The notes under the pieces are model-generated. The model was not told the origin of the DNA. It saw only the letters and a program-made list of their open reading frames with translations, and did no database searches. 30,376 nt of DNA, from the NCBI GenBank assembly GCA_041577295.1, contig JBFGJG010000050.1, positions 1-30,376 on the forward strand, read 5' to 3'. The translations under genes and the position numbers were made by a program. This DNA is from Gemmatimonadales bacterium (GTDB lineage Bacteria > Gemmatimonadota > Gemmatimonadetes > Gemmatimonadales > GWC2-71-9). Shown one piece after another: positions 8,083 to 17,795 of the stretch; positions within the stretch are counted from its first letter, which is position 1; each line of letters opens with the position of its first letter.

Positions 8083-9354
8083 ATGTTCGAGTCCATTCGA
8101 ACCTTCATACCGGAGGAGTGGCAGGGAGCCTTCGCGTTCCTCACGGCTCCGGTCGCCTGGATCCCCGACTGGCACGTGCGCATGGTGAACTTCGCCTGGT
8201 ACGGCGATACGCTGCTCGAAGTATTCGTGAAGCGTTTTGCTGTTCTCATGCCGATGTTTCTCATCATCGTCGCCGTGTGGGCCACCATGACGTCGATGTA
8301 TACGCTGCCCTTCCGGGCACGGCGCGGGCGGTTCCTCACCACCTTGTCGATCATGTGGTGGGATACTGGCCGGACGATTTGGTTGTTCTGGGCCGGCATG
8401 GTGCGACTGGGTGTCCTAGTCGTGGGTTGGATCTGGGAGTTGATCAAGCTGGGGGCGCGCCTGCTCATGTCAGGGTTCAAGAGCGTCATGCAGTCACCGC
8501 TCACCGCCATGGACTGGACCACACGCAACTACTTCAAGCCTGGGGTACCGTGGGTGGCATTCCTCGCCTTACTGCTTTGGTGTGCCGTCGAGTCAACGAT
8601 TTTCATGTATACGCTGAGCCCCACGCTCAGCGAGGTGCTGGCCGGCATTACCGGATTCGAGCCAAATCCGCTGTTGATGGCGCCCATTCTCTGGATCTTC
8701 CTCTACCTGCTGATCCTTGGAAGCTTCGCCTGTATCCAGGTGTTGGCGGAGGCCATTCGCAATCGGCAGTATGCTGAAGTCGTCCAAATGGTCCTCGTCG
8801 AGCTCTTTGTGATGTTTTTCGAGGTGGTCTTTCTGTACCGCGAGTTGGTGGACGCAGTCACCCCGTGGATCGCGCAGACGACGGCGGAGTCGGTTCGCCT
8901 GGGGCTCGTGTCTACCTTGGCGCTCGCCTCGTTCGGATGGATCGGTGTGCGCGGTATGACCTGGTTCCTGTTCGGACGCTTTGGCACCCCGGCGGTGCTC
9001 GCCATCCTCGCTCGCGACACGATCAAGCGAGACGAGTCGACACCGATGACGCCAATGCCGACACCACCGATCTCGCCGTGGAAAGAAGCGATCGACGCCC
9101 TGAAAGCAGAAATCGACTTCTTCAAGAAGGAAGGAAAGCACGCGTTCGAGTTGCTCTCGCTGCCCGTCCTCCAGCTCTTGGCAGCCGCGGTGAACTCCGT
9201 GGTGGTGGTCGTCCTAGGACGCCCGATGTTTACACTCCCCTTCAAGAGCCTGAACCAGGCGATGGCCGCAACCCCACGGTGGACTCGGGTCTCCGAGCAG
9301 CAAGCCGCCGGCATGGCCGACCTCGAGCCGGCACCGCAAGGAGGCATGCAATGA
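8083..9354 (+). CDS. Uncharacterised polytopic membrane protein (423 aa)
   Basis: GAGGAG RBS precedes ATG 8083. Many hydrophobic segments. Stop overlaps the next ATG. No family recognised. Confidence 0.85.
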   Translation: MFESIRTFIPEEWQGAFAFLTAPVAWIPDWHVRMVNFAWYGDTLLEVFVKRFAVLMPMFLIIVAVWATMTSMYTLPFRARRGRFLTTLSIMWWDTGRTIWLFWAGMVRLGVLVVGWIWELIKLGARLLMSGFKSVMQSPLTAMDWTTRNYFKPGVPWVAFLALLLWCAVESTIFMYTLSPTLSEVLAGITGFEPNPLLMAPILWIFLYLLILGSFACIQVLAEAIRNRQYAEVVQMVLVELFVMFFEVVFLYRELVDAVTPWIAQTTAESVRLGLVSTLALASFGWIGVRGMTWFLFGRFGTPAVLAILARDTIKRDESTPMTPMPTPPISPWKEAIDALKAEIDFFKKEGKHAFELLSLPVLQLLAAAVNSVVVVVLGRPMFTLPFKSLNQAMAATPRWTRVSEQQAAGMADLEPAPQGGMQ

Positions 9355-10118
9355 GTGCGAGTGGGGCGAACCGCCTCGGGACGCTCGTGGCGTGCGGCCT
9401 CCTCGTCACGACGGCATGTACGCTGCCTGGCGAGCGCACGGCCACGCCACGATCGACCATCGTCGTGGGAATCGATGTGAGCGGATCCTTCAAGCAACAC
9501 TATGAGGACGCGATCGACTTCGCTGCCCATTACCTGTATGGGCATCTCAACGGGCTCGGTAACCTGCGCGTGCCATCGGCGGTGTTCGTGGGTTCCGTGG
9601 GTGGCGACAAGCCTGGTGAAGCCAAGTCCTTTCAACCAGTGCATGCGTTTCAGGGCAAGAGTGTCGAACAAATCGCTGCACAGCTGCGACAACTCTTTCC
9701 GCCAGAAGACTCGTATACGGACTTCAACGCGTTCTTCGATCGTGTCTCGACGCTGGTGAAGCGCCAGGGTCTGATTCTTGCTCCCCTCGATGTAGTGGTG
9801 TTGAGCGACGGTGTACCGGATGTCACCGGTAATGTCGATCCCTCACGCGGTAATCTCTACGCGCAGATCGATATCACACCGCTGGAGTTCCTGTCACGCA
9901 GCGTCACGGTTCGGTTGCTGTATCCGTCGCCGACGGTGGCTGTGAATTGGGAACGCCAGGTCGACCGGGGACGTGTCCGGATGTGGACCGTCGACGCACC
10001 CGTCATGCGCGGTTGGCGCGAACAGCTTCACGCAGACGGAGAGCTCGACACCCAAAAGGATTTGTGGAAGTGGGTTGGTGACAACGTGGACTTCCGCGTG
10101 CGGAGTCGCCGACTTTAG
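9351..10118 (+). CDS. VWA-domain (MIDAS) lipoprotein
   Basis: GGAGG RBS and ATG 9351. Lipobox VTTAC. MIDAS elements GIDVSGS (DxSxS), YTDF and VVLSDG. Confidence 0.85.
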   Translation: MSASGANRLGTLVACGLLVTTACTLPGERTATPRSTIVVGIDVSGSFKQHYEDAIDFAAHYLYGHLNGLGNLRVPSAVFVGSVGGDKPGEAKSFQPVHAFQGKSVEQIAAQLRQLFPPEDSYTDFNAFFDRVSTLVKRQGLILAPLDVVVLSDGVPDVTGNVDPSRGNLYAQIDITPLEFLSRSVTVRLLYPSPTVAVNWERQVDRGRVRMWTVDAPVMRGWREQLHADGELDTQKDLWKWVGDNVDFRVRSRRL

Positions 10119-10267
10119 CCCCCATTCTCGGGGCCGGCAGTCCATCAGCCTCGGGCGAGCGCCAGCTCCGTCCCGTGCGCTGAGGGCTCTGGGCTGTCGG
10201 CCCTTTGCTACAGTGAGGAGTGAGGCGTGACTCCTTACGCCTTCTCGTTCCCTCTACTCTTCAGTCC

Positions 10268-11098
10268 TTACTGCAGTACCTCGCGCAGGAACTCCACCGT
10301 CCGTGGCCACGCGCGCCGGGTGGCAGCCATGTTCGCGCCGTCCCGACCGTCCTGCGCTCGGAGAAACCCGTGCCCAGCCCCCTCGTACATTTCAACCTCA
10401 TACCGTTTGCCCAACGCGTTCATCGCGTCGCGCGCGCGGCGGATCGTGGCATTGACACGGGCATCGTCGCTGCCGTAGAGCCCTATGACGGCAGCACGAA
10501 TGTCGTCGTAACCAGCGTCAGGGGAGGATCCGTAGTACACAACCGCTCCGCGGAGGTCGGGTTGCCGCGTCGCAAAGGCGAAGCTGGTGCTGCCACCCCA
10601 GCAAAACCCGATTACCGCAAACGCATCTCTCGCGGATGGAAGGGCAGTGGCGTAGCGCGCGGCGGCAGTCACGCGGCGCGCGACTTCCCCATCGTCCAGC
10701 GCCCGTACCGCGCGAACCGCGCCCTGCCGGTCGAAGCTCTCCGATCCAGCACCACCCTCCCCCTTGCCACTCAGGAGATCCGGGGCGATGGCGATGAATC
10801 CGTGACTGGCGAGTTGGTCTGCCACGCCGCGGATCCAATCGGTGAGACCGTAGATCTCGTGAATGACCACCACGACCGGCGCATTGCTCGCCCGCTCGGG
10901 ATACACGATCCACGCCGAAACGCTGTCTCTGTCTCCCGCAGCATACGTCACCCAGTCACCGTGTCTGGGTGATGCGTTGAGGCGCTGGACCGCCTCTTCG
11001 TTGCTGGCCGGGAGCTCCTGCGCAGGAAGACCATCCGTGGCCAAAAGCGCCAGTAGGATGGTAGTGGCCTGACTCATCACAATCGTTCGTCGCTTCAT
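10268..11098 (-). CDS. Dienelactone hydrolase family protein with signal peptide
   Basis: GGAGGG RBS before ATG 11098. IHEIYGL, GFCWGG (Cys nucleophile) and GAGHGF motifs. Confidence 0.92.
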   Translation of the reverse strand: MKRRTIVMSQATTILLALLATDGLPAQELPASNEEAVQRLNASPRHGDWVTYAAGDRDSVSAWIVYPERASNAPVVVVIHEIYGLTDWIRGVADQLASHGFIAIAPDLLSGKGEGGAGSESFDRQGAVRAVRALDDGEVARRVTAAARYATALPSARDAFAVIGFCWGGSTSFAFATRQPDLRGAVVYYGSSPDAGYDDIRAAVIGLYGSDDARVNATIRRARDAMNALGKRYEVEMYEGAGHGFLRAQDGRDGANMAATRRAWPRTVEFLREVLQ

Positions 11099-11150
11099 CG
11101 ACCCTCCAAATGGTGCACGTGCACTGTCAGGTGATGTATCCGTGACGAGG

Positions 11151-12107
11151 CTACTCCACTCGGAACGTGTGGAGCTGCTCGCGCTCCGCGAGGAAGCGTA
11201 GAGCAGCGAGCCCACGCACGCTGTTGCCACCCGCATCGAGCCGCGGTGAGAACACACCAACCCCCAGGCGACCTGGAACGACCGCCAAGATGGCGCCCGA
11301 CACCCCGCTCTTTGCAGGGATCCCAACCTCAAAAGCGAAGCGACCAGAGTGATCGTAGAGCCCGTTGGTGAACATGACCGTCAGCACGTATTGGATCAGC
11401 GCGGAGGGAACCACCTGCTGTCCGGTCACCGGACACTGCCCGCGGTTGGCGAGCGTAGCAGCCATCACACTCAGATCGCGACAGCTCGCCAAGATCGAAC
11501 AGTGCCGAAAGTAGAGATCCAGCGTCTCGGGTACTGGCCCTTCGATCATTCCGAAGTGCCGCATGAGATACGCGATGGCGCGATTGCGATCGCCAGTTGT
11601 GCGTTCCGATTGGAAGACGGACTCATCGATGTCCATTGAAGGGCGTCCAGCGCACCGTCCCGTGAACTCCAGAATATCGGTCGTAGCTCCAGCGGGGTTG
11701 CGATGCCTGATCAGGTCTGTAACCGCAATGGCGCCCGCGTTGATCATCGGGTTGTGTGGTTTGTTGGTGCCCTCCTGCAGCCGAATCATCGAGTAGAACG
11801 CGTAGCCCGACGGCTCGACATCTACCTTTGCATGTACCTGCTCGAGCCCGCACCGCTCCAGCGCGAGAGCGTACACGAACGGCTTGGAGACCGACTGCAA
11901 GGTAAACCGGTGATCGGCGTCGCCCACACAGGACACCTCACCATCGACGGTGCACACCGCTCCTGCAAAGAGCTCGGGATCGACGTGCGCCAGCTGCGGG
12001 ATGTAGTCCGGTAGCGTACCCTGGCGCAATGGCAGCGCATGTCGGTACGAGTCCTCGAGGGCGGCTTGCAAAGTGGAACTCATGGATCCTCTCGCCACAG
12101 GAGTCAC
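11151..12107 (-). CDS. glsA: Glutaminase A
   Basis: DYIPQLA, catalytic QSVSK, NPMINAGAI, PAKSGVSG. GTG 12107 overlaps the cls stop; alternative ATG 12083. Confidence 0.95.
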   Translation of the reverse strand: MTPVARGSMSSTLQAALEDSYRHALPLRQGTLPDYIPQLAHVDPELFAGAVCTVDGEVSCVGDADHRFTLQSVSKPFVYALALERCGLEQVHAKVDVEPSGYAFYSMIRLQEGTNKPHNPMINAGAIAVTDLIRHRNPAGATTDILEFTGRCAGRPSMDIDESVFQSERTTGDRNRAIAYLMRHFGMIEGPVPETLDLYFRHCSILASCRDLSVMAATLANRGQCPVTGQQVVPSALIQYVLTVMFTNGLYDHSGRFAFEVGIPAKSGVSGAILAVVPGRLGVGVFSPRLDAGGNSVRGLAALRFLAEREQLHTFRVE

Positions 12108-13585
12108 AGCATCGGCTGAAAGAGATAGAAGAACTTCTCGATCAACTGTCGCGTAATGGGGCGCCTCCCATGGCGCAGCAAGGTCACCTCGTCGCTTGCG
12201 GCGATCTCCGCTCGAATCTGCGCCACCATGGCTGACACGAAGTTCGACTCGGCGATCTCAATGTTAGTCTCGAAGTTCAGGTGCAGACTGCGATAGTCCA
12301 GGTTGGCAGATCCCACAAGTGCGTAGACGTCATCCACCACGAGTGCCTTCGCGTGCATGAACGGTGGCCGACGCTCGTAGATCCGAATGCCCGCACGCAT
12401 GAGGTCGGCGTAGAGACTTCGCGCTGCAAACTCGGCATAGCGATGATTGGACACCCGCGGAACGATGATCCGAACGTCGACACCGCGAAGTGCGGAGTAG
12501 CGCAGGGCTTGGAGAATTGGTTCATCGGGAACGAAATACGGGGTAACGATGCTCAGGGAGTGCTGCGCACTCACGATGGCGCCAAAGAACGAATCGACAA
12601 TCGCCTGGCCCTGACGCTCGGGGCCGCCGGGGACCACCTGAACGAGCCCCGGCCCAACTTCGCCAATGCGGGGGAAACACGCCGGCTCGAGCAGCGACTC
12701 GGGTGACTCTCGAGTGGCGAAGAACCAATCTTGCACGAAAACGAATTGCAAATCAGAGACGGCGGGTCCTTCGAGCCGCACCGCATAGTCCCGGATGGGC
12801 TGTCCGTTGGCGTAACCCGTGCGATTCTCGTCGTGCACGTTGATCCCACCCACATACCCGATGCGGCCGTCGAAGACTGCAGCCTTCCGATGGTTCCGTA
12901 GGTTGATCTGAAACCGGCCTTTGAGCGGGTTCGCCTGGGTGATCGAACCCACCCGCACGCCCGCGCTTCGCGCCCGCTCGAAGAACCGCGTGTAATGAGC
13001 GAACGACGACCCGAAACGATCGTACAGCAATCGCACTTCGACACCCGCTCGGGCACGCTCCATCAGCAACTCGAGCAGCTCTTTGCCCGTTCGATCCCTG
13101 CGGTAGATGAACGTCTGCAGGTGTATCGAGTGCTTGGCGCCCGCGATGTCCTCGAACAACGAGGGAAAGAACTGATCGCCATCGACCAGTAGCCGGAGCT
13201 GATGACCACGGAGAACCCGGTACGGTTGGACCGCAGGATCGGTTGCCCGGAATACGTGCGCCGCCGGATGGTCAGGAACGTCGGCGTGGGCCTCGTCGAG
13301 CGCCAACCGGTCAAACGTGGGGTGGAGTGCAGCGCGGCGCTCCAACAGCGCGTTTGACTCGGCACGCAATCGCGCGCCGCGCGTGACGCGATCCACGCCA
13401 AAGGTCAGGTAGGCCAACGCGCCGCCGTATGGCAGACCCCACACCAGCGCAAGCCACAACACGGCAGACACGGGGCGCCCTTTGTGGAGGAGAATGTCGA
13501 ACGTGAGCAGCGTGCCGAGCACGATGTGCCCGAGCCCGACTAGTCGGAGATCACCGATCACAGAGTGTCCCCCGCCATACGACAC
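12104..13585 (-). CDS. cls: Cardiolipin synthase (phospholipase D family)
   Basis: Two HKD motifs (NHRKAAVFD, HAKALVVD), TPYFVP, GSANLDYRS and N-terminal membrane helices. Alternative start GTG 13561. Confidence 0.92.
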   Translation of the reverse strand: MSYGGGHSVIGDLRLVGLGHIVLGTLLTFDILLHKGRPVSAVLWLALVWGLPYGGALAYLTFGVDRVTRGARLRAESNALLERRAALHPTFDRLALDEAHADVPDHPAAHVFRATDPAVQPYRVLRGHQLRLLVDGDQFFPSLFEDIAGAKHSIHLQTFIYRRDRTGKELLELLMERARAGVEVRLLYDRFGSSFAHYTRFFERARSAGVRVGSITQANPLKGRFQINLRNHRKAAVFDGRIGYVGGINVHDENRTGYANGQPIRDYAVRLEGPAVSDLQFVFVQDWFFATRESPESLLEPACFPRIGEVGPGLVQVVPGGPERQGQAIVDSFFGAIVSAQHSLSIVTPYFVPDEPILQALRYSALRGVDVRIIVPRVSNHRYAEFAARSLYADLMRAGIRIYERRPPFMHAKALVVDDVYALVGSANLDYRSLHLNFETNIEIAESNFVSAMVAQIRAEIAASDEVTLLRHGRRPITRQLIEKFFYLFQPML

Positions 13586-13669
13586 CGCCCGCGCCCGCGC
13601 GGGACCCTACCTCCGGCCAACCCCACCTCTCCCGCACATCCCATCGGTCCACCCGTTTCACCCTGCTAA

Positions 13670-14641
13670 TCAGTCCACCGCCCGTGCCCGCATGCGGGCC
13701 AGATCCGCCTCCGCAGCAATGAAGCCAAACGCAGCCCACTGCGGGCCCTCCACAATTCGCCGGTACACGCGCATCGCCTCTTCGGATCGACCGTTGTACA
13801 GGTGAAAGTTGCCAACGCCGTATGCAAGGGTGGCATTCTGGAGCGCATCGCCGGTCGCTGCCTCAGCCATGAGCGAGTCCGCAGTGATTCCTCCCTTGTA
13901 CATGAGCAGGAGCCGGTGATAGGACTGATTTTCGATCACGTCGAGCCCTGCGTGAATCGGTTCGAGCACGCGAGCTGCCTCCTCGTCTCGCCCCAAGCGA
14001 CGGAGCGTCATGTAGAGCCAATGGGAGGTGGCCACGAGCATGTCGGGATTCTCGGACACCGCGAGACACTCCCGGTACGCCGCCAAGGCCTGGTCGAATT
14101 CGCCGCGCAGATAATGAGCAAGGCCGAGATGGTACCAGATGTTCGACTGCAGCGTGCTCGTGGGCGTGTTCCGCGTGTTGGGAATGCCATCCGGCTCGAT
14201 CTCGTCCTCGGTGCCTCGCACCAGGTCCGCAGCGCGGTCTAGATCCTCCACGGCTTGCTCGAACCGCCGTAGCGTGACGTACCGATGACCGCGGTGCCGA
14301 TAGAGGCGCGCGTCCACCGAATGATGGGCGATGCCTTGCGTATAGATCTCCACCGCCTCGCGGTACCGCCCGAGATAGGCGGTGCGCCGGCCAAGCCACA
14401 CGATCGCATCCGCGTCCTCCGGATTCCGTTCGTAATCGGTCTGGGCTTGTCGCAGGTTGGCTTCGTACTCACGGCGAGTGTCAGGCGGAATCTCTGGCGT
14501 GCGCAACGTATCACCGAGCAGCGAGATGGCCTGCACCCCGTCCGGGAGCACCGGCAGACCGGACGACACCTCCCGGTCCTGAGCGGTGCACGCGAAGACG
14601 CCGGCGGCGGCCACGAACCAGGCGTGACGCAGGACATTCAT
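13670..14641 (-). CDS. TPR-repeat lipoprotein
   Basis: Lipobox GVFAC and several TPR-like helical repeats (WLGRRTAYLGRYREA, WYHLGLAHYLRGEFDQA, YGVGNFHLYNG). Confidence 0.88.
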   Translation of the reverse strand: MNVLRHAWFVAAAGVFACTAQDREVSSGLPVLPDGVQAISLLGDTLRTPEIPPDTRREYEANLRQAQTDYERNPEDADAIVWLGRRTAYLGRYREAVEIYTQGIAHHSVDARLYRHRGHRYVTLRRFEQAVEDLDRAADLVRGTEDEIEPDGIPNTRNTPTSTLQSNIWYHLGLAHYLRGEFDQALAAYRECLAVSENPDMLVATSHWLYMTLRRLGRDEEAARVLEPIHAGLDVIENQSYHRLLLMYKGGITADSLMAEAATGDALQNATLAYGVGNFHLYNGRSEEAMRVYRRIVEGPQWAAFGFIAAEADLARMRARAVD

Positions 14642-14772
14642 GAAATGGCTCCCCGAGAAAATCGTGATGGTTCTAGGTGTGCGGTTCCCTCAGTGGAACT
14701 GGCGCGCACAAGGAAGTGGCGGGGTTCGCGTGATGACACCGGACCACTGACAGCGCCACCGACCGCGCTCGC

Positions 14773-17526
14773 TCACTGATTTCCCGCCCCAGATCCGACC
14801 AGCTCCCGCAACCGTCGTACGAGTTCCCCCACTCGCCGAATCTCTTCGCCGTAGCGCGCCCAGTCACCGGCACGCTGCGCCGCCAACGCCCGTTCGTAGC
14901 GGTCCGCGGCTTCGCGAGCCAGCTCCGCCACATCCTCAGGTCCCACCGCAACTGGCGCAGCAGTCGGGGCTGCCGCGGCCGCCGCGACTGGCTGCGGCGG
15001 CGATTCCAGCTCGGCACCGGCGCCGAACAGCCGGGTCAGACCCCGTGACAGCGTCTCCTCCATCACGACGCGATTCTGATAGGCGACGACCACCCGCTTG
15101 AGCTCCGGGATCTGTCCGCCTTCCGCTCGGAGATACAACGCCTGCACGAAGATCAGCGATTCTTTGATGGGAATTACGAGGAGATTGCCCCGAATGACTT
15201 CGGAGCCGCGCTGATCCCAGAGTGAGACCTGACGCGAGATCTCCGTGTCCTGGTTCATGCGGTTAACGATCTGCACCGGTCCGAACACTAGGCTCTGACG
15301 CGGGAAACGATAGACGACGAGCTGCCCATAATGCTCGCCATCGTTTCGCGCCACCATCCACGCGGCGAGGTTGTCCTTTTGCCGAGGGGTAAACGGCACC
15401 ATGAAGATGAACTCCTCGCTGCTCTCCCCGGGGAGAGTCATCACGATGTGTCGCACAAAGGGGTCTCGCCGGGCGGCGGCCGGCCGGGGAAGCGAGGGAA
15501 TCTCCCATTGATCTTCGCGATGGTAGAAGATCTCTGGCTCATTCATGTGATAGGTCGTGTATAAATCGGTCTGAATAATGAACAAATCCTCCGGATAGCG
15601 GATGTGTGCGCGGAGGTCGGCCGGCATGCTGTCGATCGGCATGAAGAGCCCAGGAAAGATCTTCGCATACGTGGCAATAATGGGATCCGTCGCATCCGCG
15701 ACGTAGGGCTCGACGGTGCCATCGTACGCGTCGATCACGACCTTGACGCTGTTACGCATGTAGTTGGTACCATCGAACGTCGGTTGGGAGTACGGGTACC
15801 GATTGGTGGCGGTGTAGGCATCTAGCAACCACTTCAACCGCCCGTCTTCGGTGATAACGATGTACGGATCGCTGTCCCACCGGAGGAACGGCAGCGCTTT
15901 CTGGGCGCGCTCGCGGATTTCCCGATGAAATAGCGCCCGGCTATCCGATGTAATATCCTGCGATAGGAGGATCTTCAGCGATCCAAAGCGCGCACTGAGC
16001 ACGGCGCGACGCAACATCGACCCAACCTGCACCCCCCCCTGGCCCTCATAGGTGGTGAATGCGTTCTCATCACCTGCGGGATAGTCGAATTCGCGCTGCC
16101 CCGTGTTGACGAACACGTAATCGTTAGACAGCTCCCCGTAGTACAGCTCGGGGCGCGTCACTTCGAGCGACACGCTCGAGGCAGGCGGCAGATCTTTGAT
16201 GAGTAGAACCGGCAACCCCTCCACGGTCACCTGATTCACGGGGCTGAGCGTGAGACCCATCCCGTGCGTGAAGGTCAGTCGCTCGTTGATGAACGTTCTC
16301 GTTGGCAAGGCTGCAGAGTTCAGCTCCCGTGGGGAGAGGAGAACCTGACGGTATTCACCATCGATCCAATACCGGTCGTCATCCACCGAGACGAAATCGT
16401 AGTAGGTCCGGATCTCCTGCAGCTGGCCAAACGTCTGTAACAGCGGGTCCCGGTCCCACAGTCGAACGTTGCGGATGGTCCCCGCATTCTCCTGAATGTC
16501 CGCCAGCGTGAGCGTGGCCTCTCCGGTGAGGTCTCGCACGGACACATTGTTTAATCCCCACGCGCGGCGCGTGGCATCGATGTGATGGCGCAGCTGCGGC
16601 GTTTCCTTGACCAACTCGTTGGGGACCACAACGAGCCGCTGCATGGCCGCCGGGCCAAGATTGCCCAGCACGGCGGAGACGAGGAAGAGCAGCACCACTG
16701 CCACCGCCACGGAGCGTGTCAGGCGACCGACGCGAGCACCGACCAACATCCAAATGGCACCGATCACCGCAACGATCCACGTGAGGTGCAGCAGTGGCCG
16801 CCGAATGGCGAGGTCCGTATTGCTCGCGCCAAAGAGGGGTCCTGTCGTCGAGTACAACAGTGACGGCAGCCGCACGAAGTAGACGTTTGCCGCGATGGCG
16901 AGAAAGAAGAGGGCGAGCAACAGAGCCAGATGGAGACCCGCCGACGGCTCGATGGTCACCCGTTGCCGCAGCAATACGATGTCCCGGCGGAGAACGTACA
17001 GGGGCACAACCATCAACAACGTGAGCACGGTCAGTCCGAAGACGAAACCGAGAGCCGTCGAGACGATTGGAAGCGTGAACACATAGTACCCGACATCGCG
17101 GCCGTAAACGGGATCGACCTGATTGAACGGGGTCCGTCGCAGAAACTCGAGTACGGTCCTCCACCCGTTCGAGGCCGCGAGGCCGAGAAGAAACGCGAGG
17201 GTCAGGGAAACCGGCCATGCGAGACGCCGCAGCAACTGGGTGAGATCGATCCCCGGTTGCCTCCTGCTCAGCTGGAGAACGAGGGGATCCGGCACCATGC
17301 CGCGCTGCGCCAATCGGAGATTGGTAAAGAAGAAGGCAAAGGAAACGACCCCAACGAGCACACCGAGCACCAGCTTGGTGGTCAGGGTGGTGACAAAGAT
17401 CGTCTGGAACCCGAGGGCCGAAAACCAGTACCAATCGGCCGCAAGCCGCACGAGGCTCGGGATGGCCGTGAGGAGAACCAGGGTGCCCGCGATGATCAAC
17501 ATCACGAGCAGGGGATTTCTTCGCAT
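14773..17526 (-). CDS. UPF0182 family membrane protein
   Basis: DPVYGRDVGYYVFTLP, NVRLWD, QLQEIRTYYDF, FTHGMG, NYMRNSVK, HIRYPED, VIRGNLLVIP, PELKRV. ATG 17526 chosen over GTG 17580. Confidence 0.95.
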   Translation of the reverse strand: MRRNPLLVMLIIAGTLVLLTAIPSLVRLAADWYWFSALGFQTIFVTTLTTKLVLGVLVGVVSFAFFFTNLRLAQRGMVPDPLVLQLSRRQPGIDLTQLLRRLAWPVSLTLAFLLGLAASNGWRTVLEFLRRTPFNQVDPVYGRDVGYYVFTLPIVSTALGFVFGLTVLTLLMVVPLYVLRRDIVLLRQRVTIEPSAGLHLALLLALFFLAIAANVYFVRLPSLLYSTTGPLFGASNTDLAIRRPLLHLTWIVAVIGAIWMLVGARVGRLTRSVAVAVVLLFLVSAVLGNLGPAAMQRLVVVPNELVKETPQLRHHIDATRRAWGLNNVSVRDLTGEATLTLADIQENAGTIRNVRLWDRDPLLQTFGQLQEIRTYYDFVSVDDDRYWIDGEYRQVLLSPRELNSAALPTRTFINERLTFTHGMGLTLSPVNQVTVEGLPVLLIKDLPPASSVSLEVTRPELYYGELSNDYVFVNTGQREFDYPAGDENAFTTYEGQGGVQVGSMLRRAVLSARFGSLKILLSQDITSDSRALFHREIRERAQKALPFLRWDSDPYIVITEDGRLKWLLDAYTATNRYPYSQPTFDGTNYMRNSVKVVIDAYDGTVEPYVADATDPIIATYAKIFPGLFMPIDSMPADLRAHIRYPEDLFIIQTDLYTTYHMNEPEIFYHREDQWEIPSLPRPAAARRDPFVRHIVMTLPGESSEEFIFMVPFTPRQKDNLAAWMVARNDGEHYGQLVVYRFPRQSLVFGPVQIVNRMNQDTEISRQVSLWDQRGSEVIRGNLLVIPIKESLIFVQALYLRAEGGQIPELKRVVVAYQNRVVMEETLSRGLTRLFGAGAELESPPQPVAAAAAAPTAAPVAVGPEDVAELAREAADRYERALAAQRAGDWARYGEEIRRVGELVRRLRELVGSGAGNQ

Positions 17527-17795
17527 AGCTGATAACTGAGGGTAGGTCACGCAAGAGGCAAGGCCTGCGGCAGATTCCACTTGCTGGGACGCGGACCAGA
17601 AGGCACTTTCCCGCTGGCGAGGCCCGCGCCGCTCACCACCAATCCCGTCACGAGTCTGCCCCTTGCTCCGTACACGAGGGCGAGGATGCCGCAGGGGCGC
17701 CGCAGGGATGCCATATTGTGTAACCCTAGTAACCCCAATGAGTTGTCCGGAAACCGCTGCCGGCCCCGGAAGGCTCTTCGGTACGAAAGTTGCCC

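Noticed and set aside
16379..17554. 391-aa minus-strand ORF
   Set aside because: An alternate frame inside UPF0182, Arg-rich and without recognisable domains.
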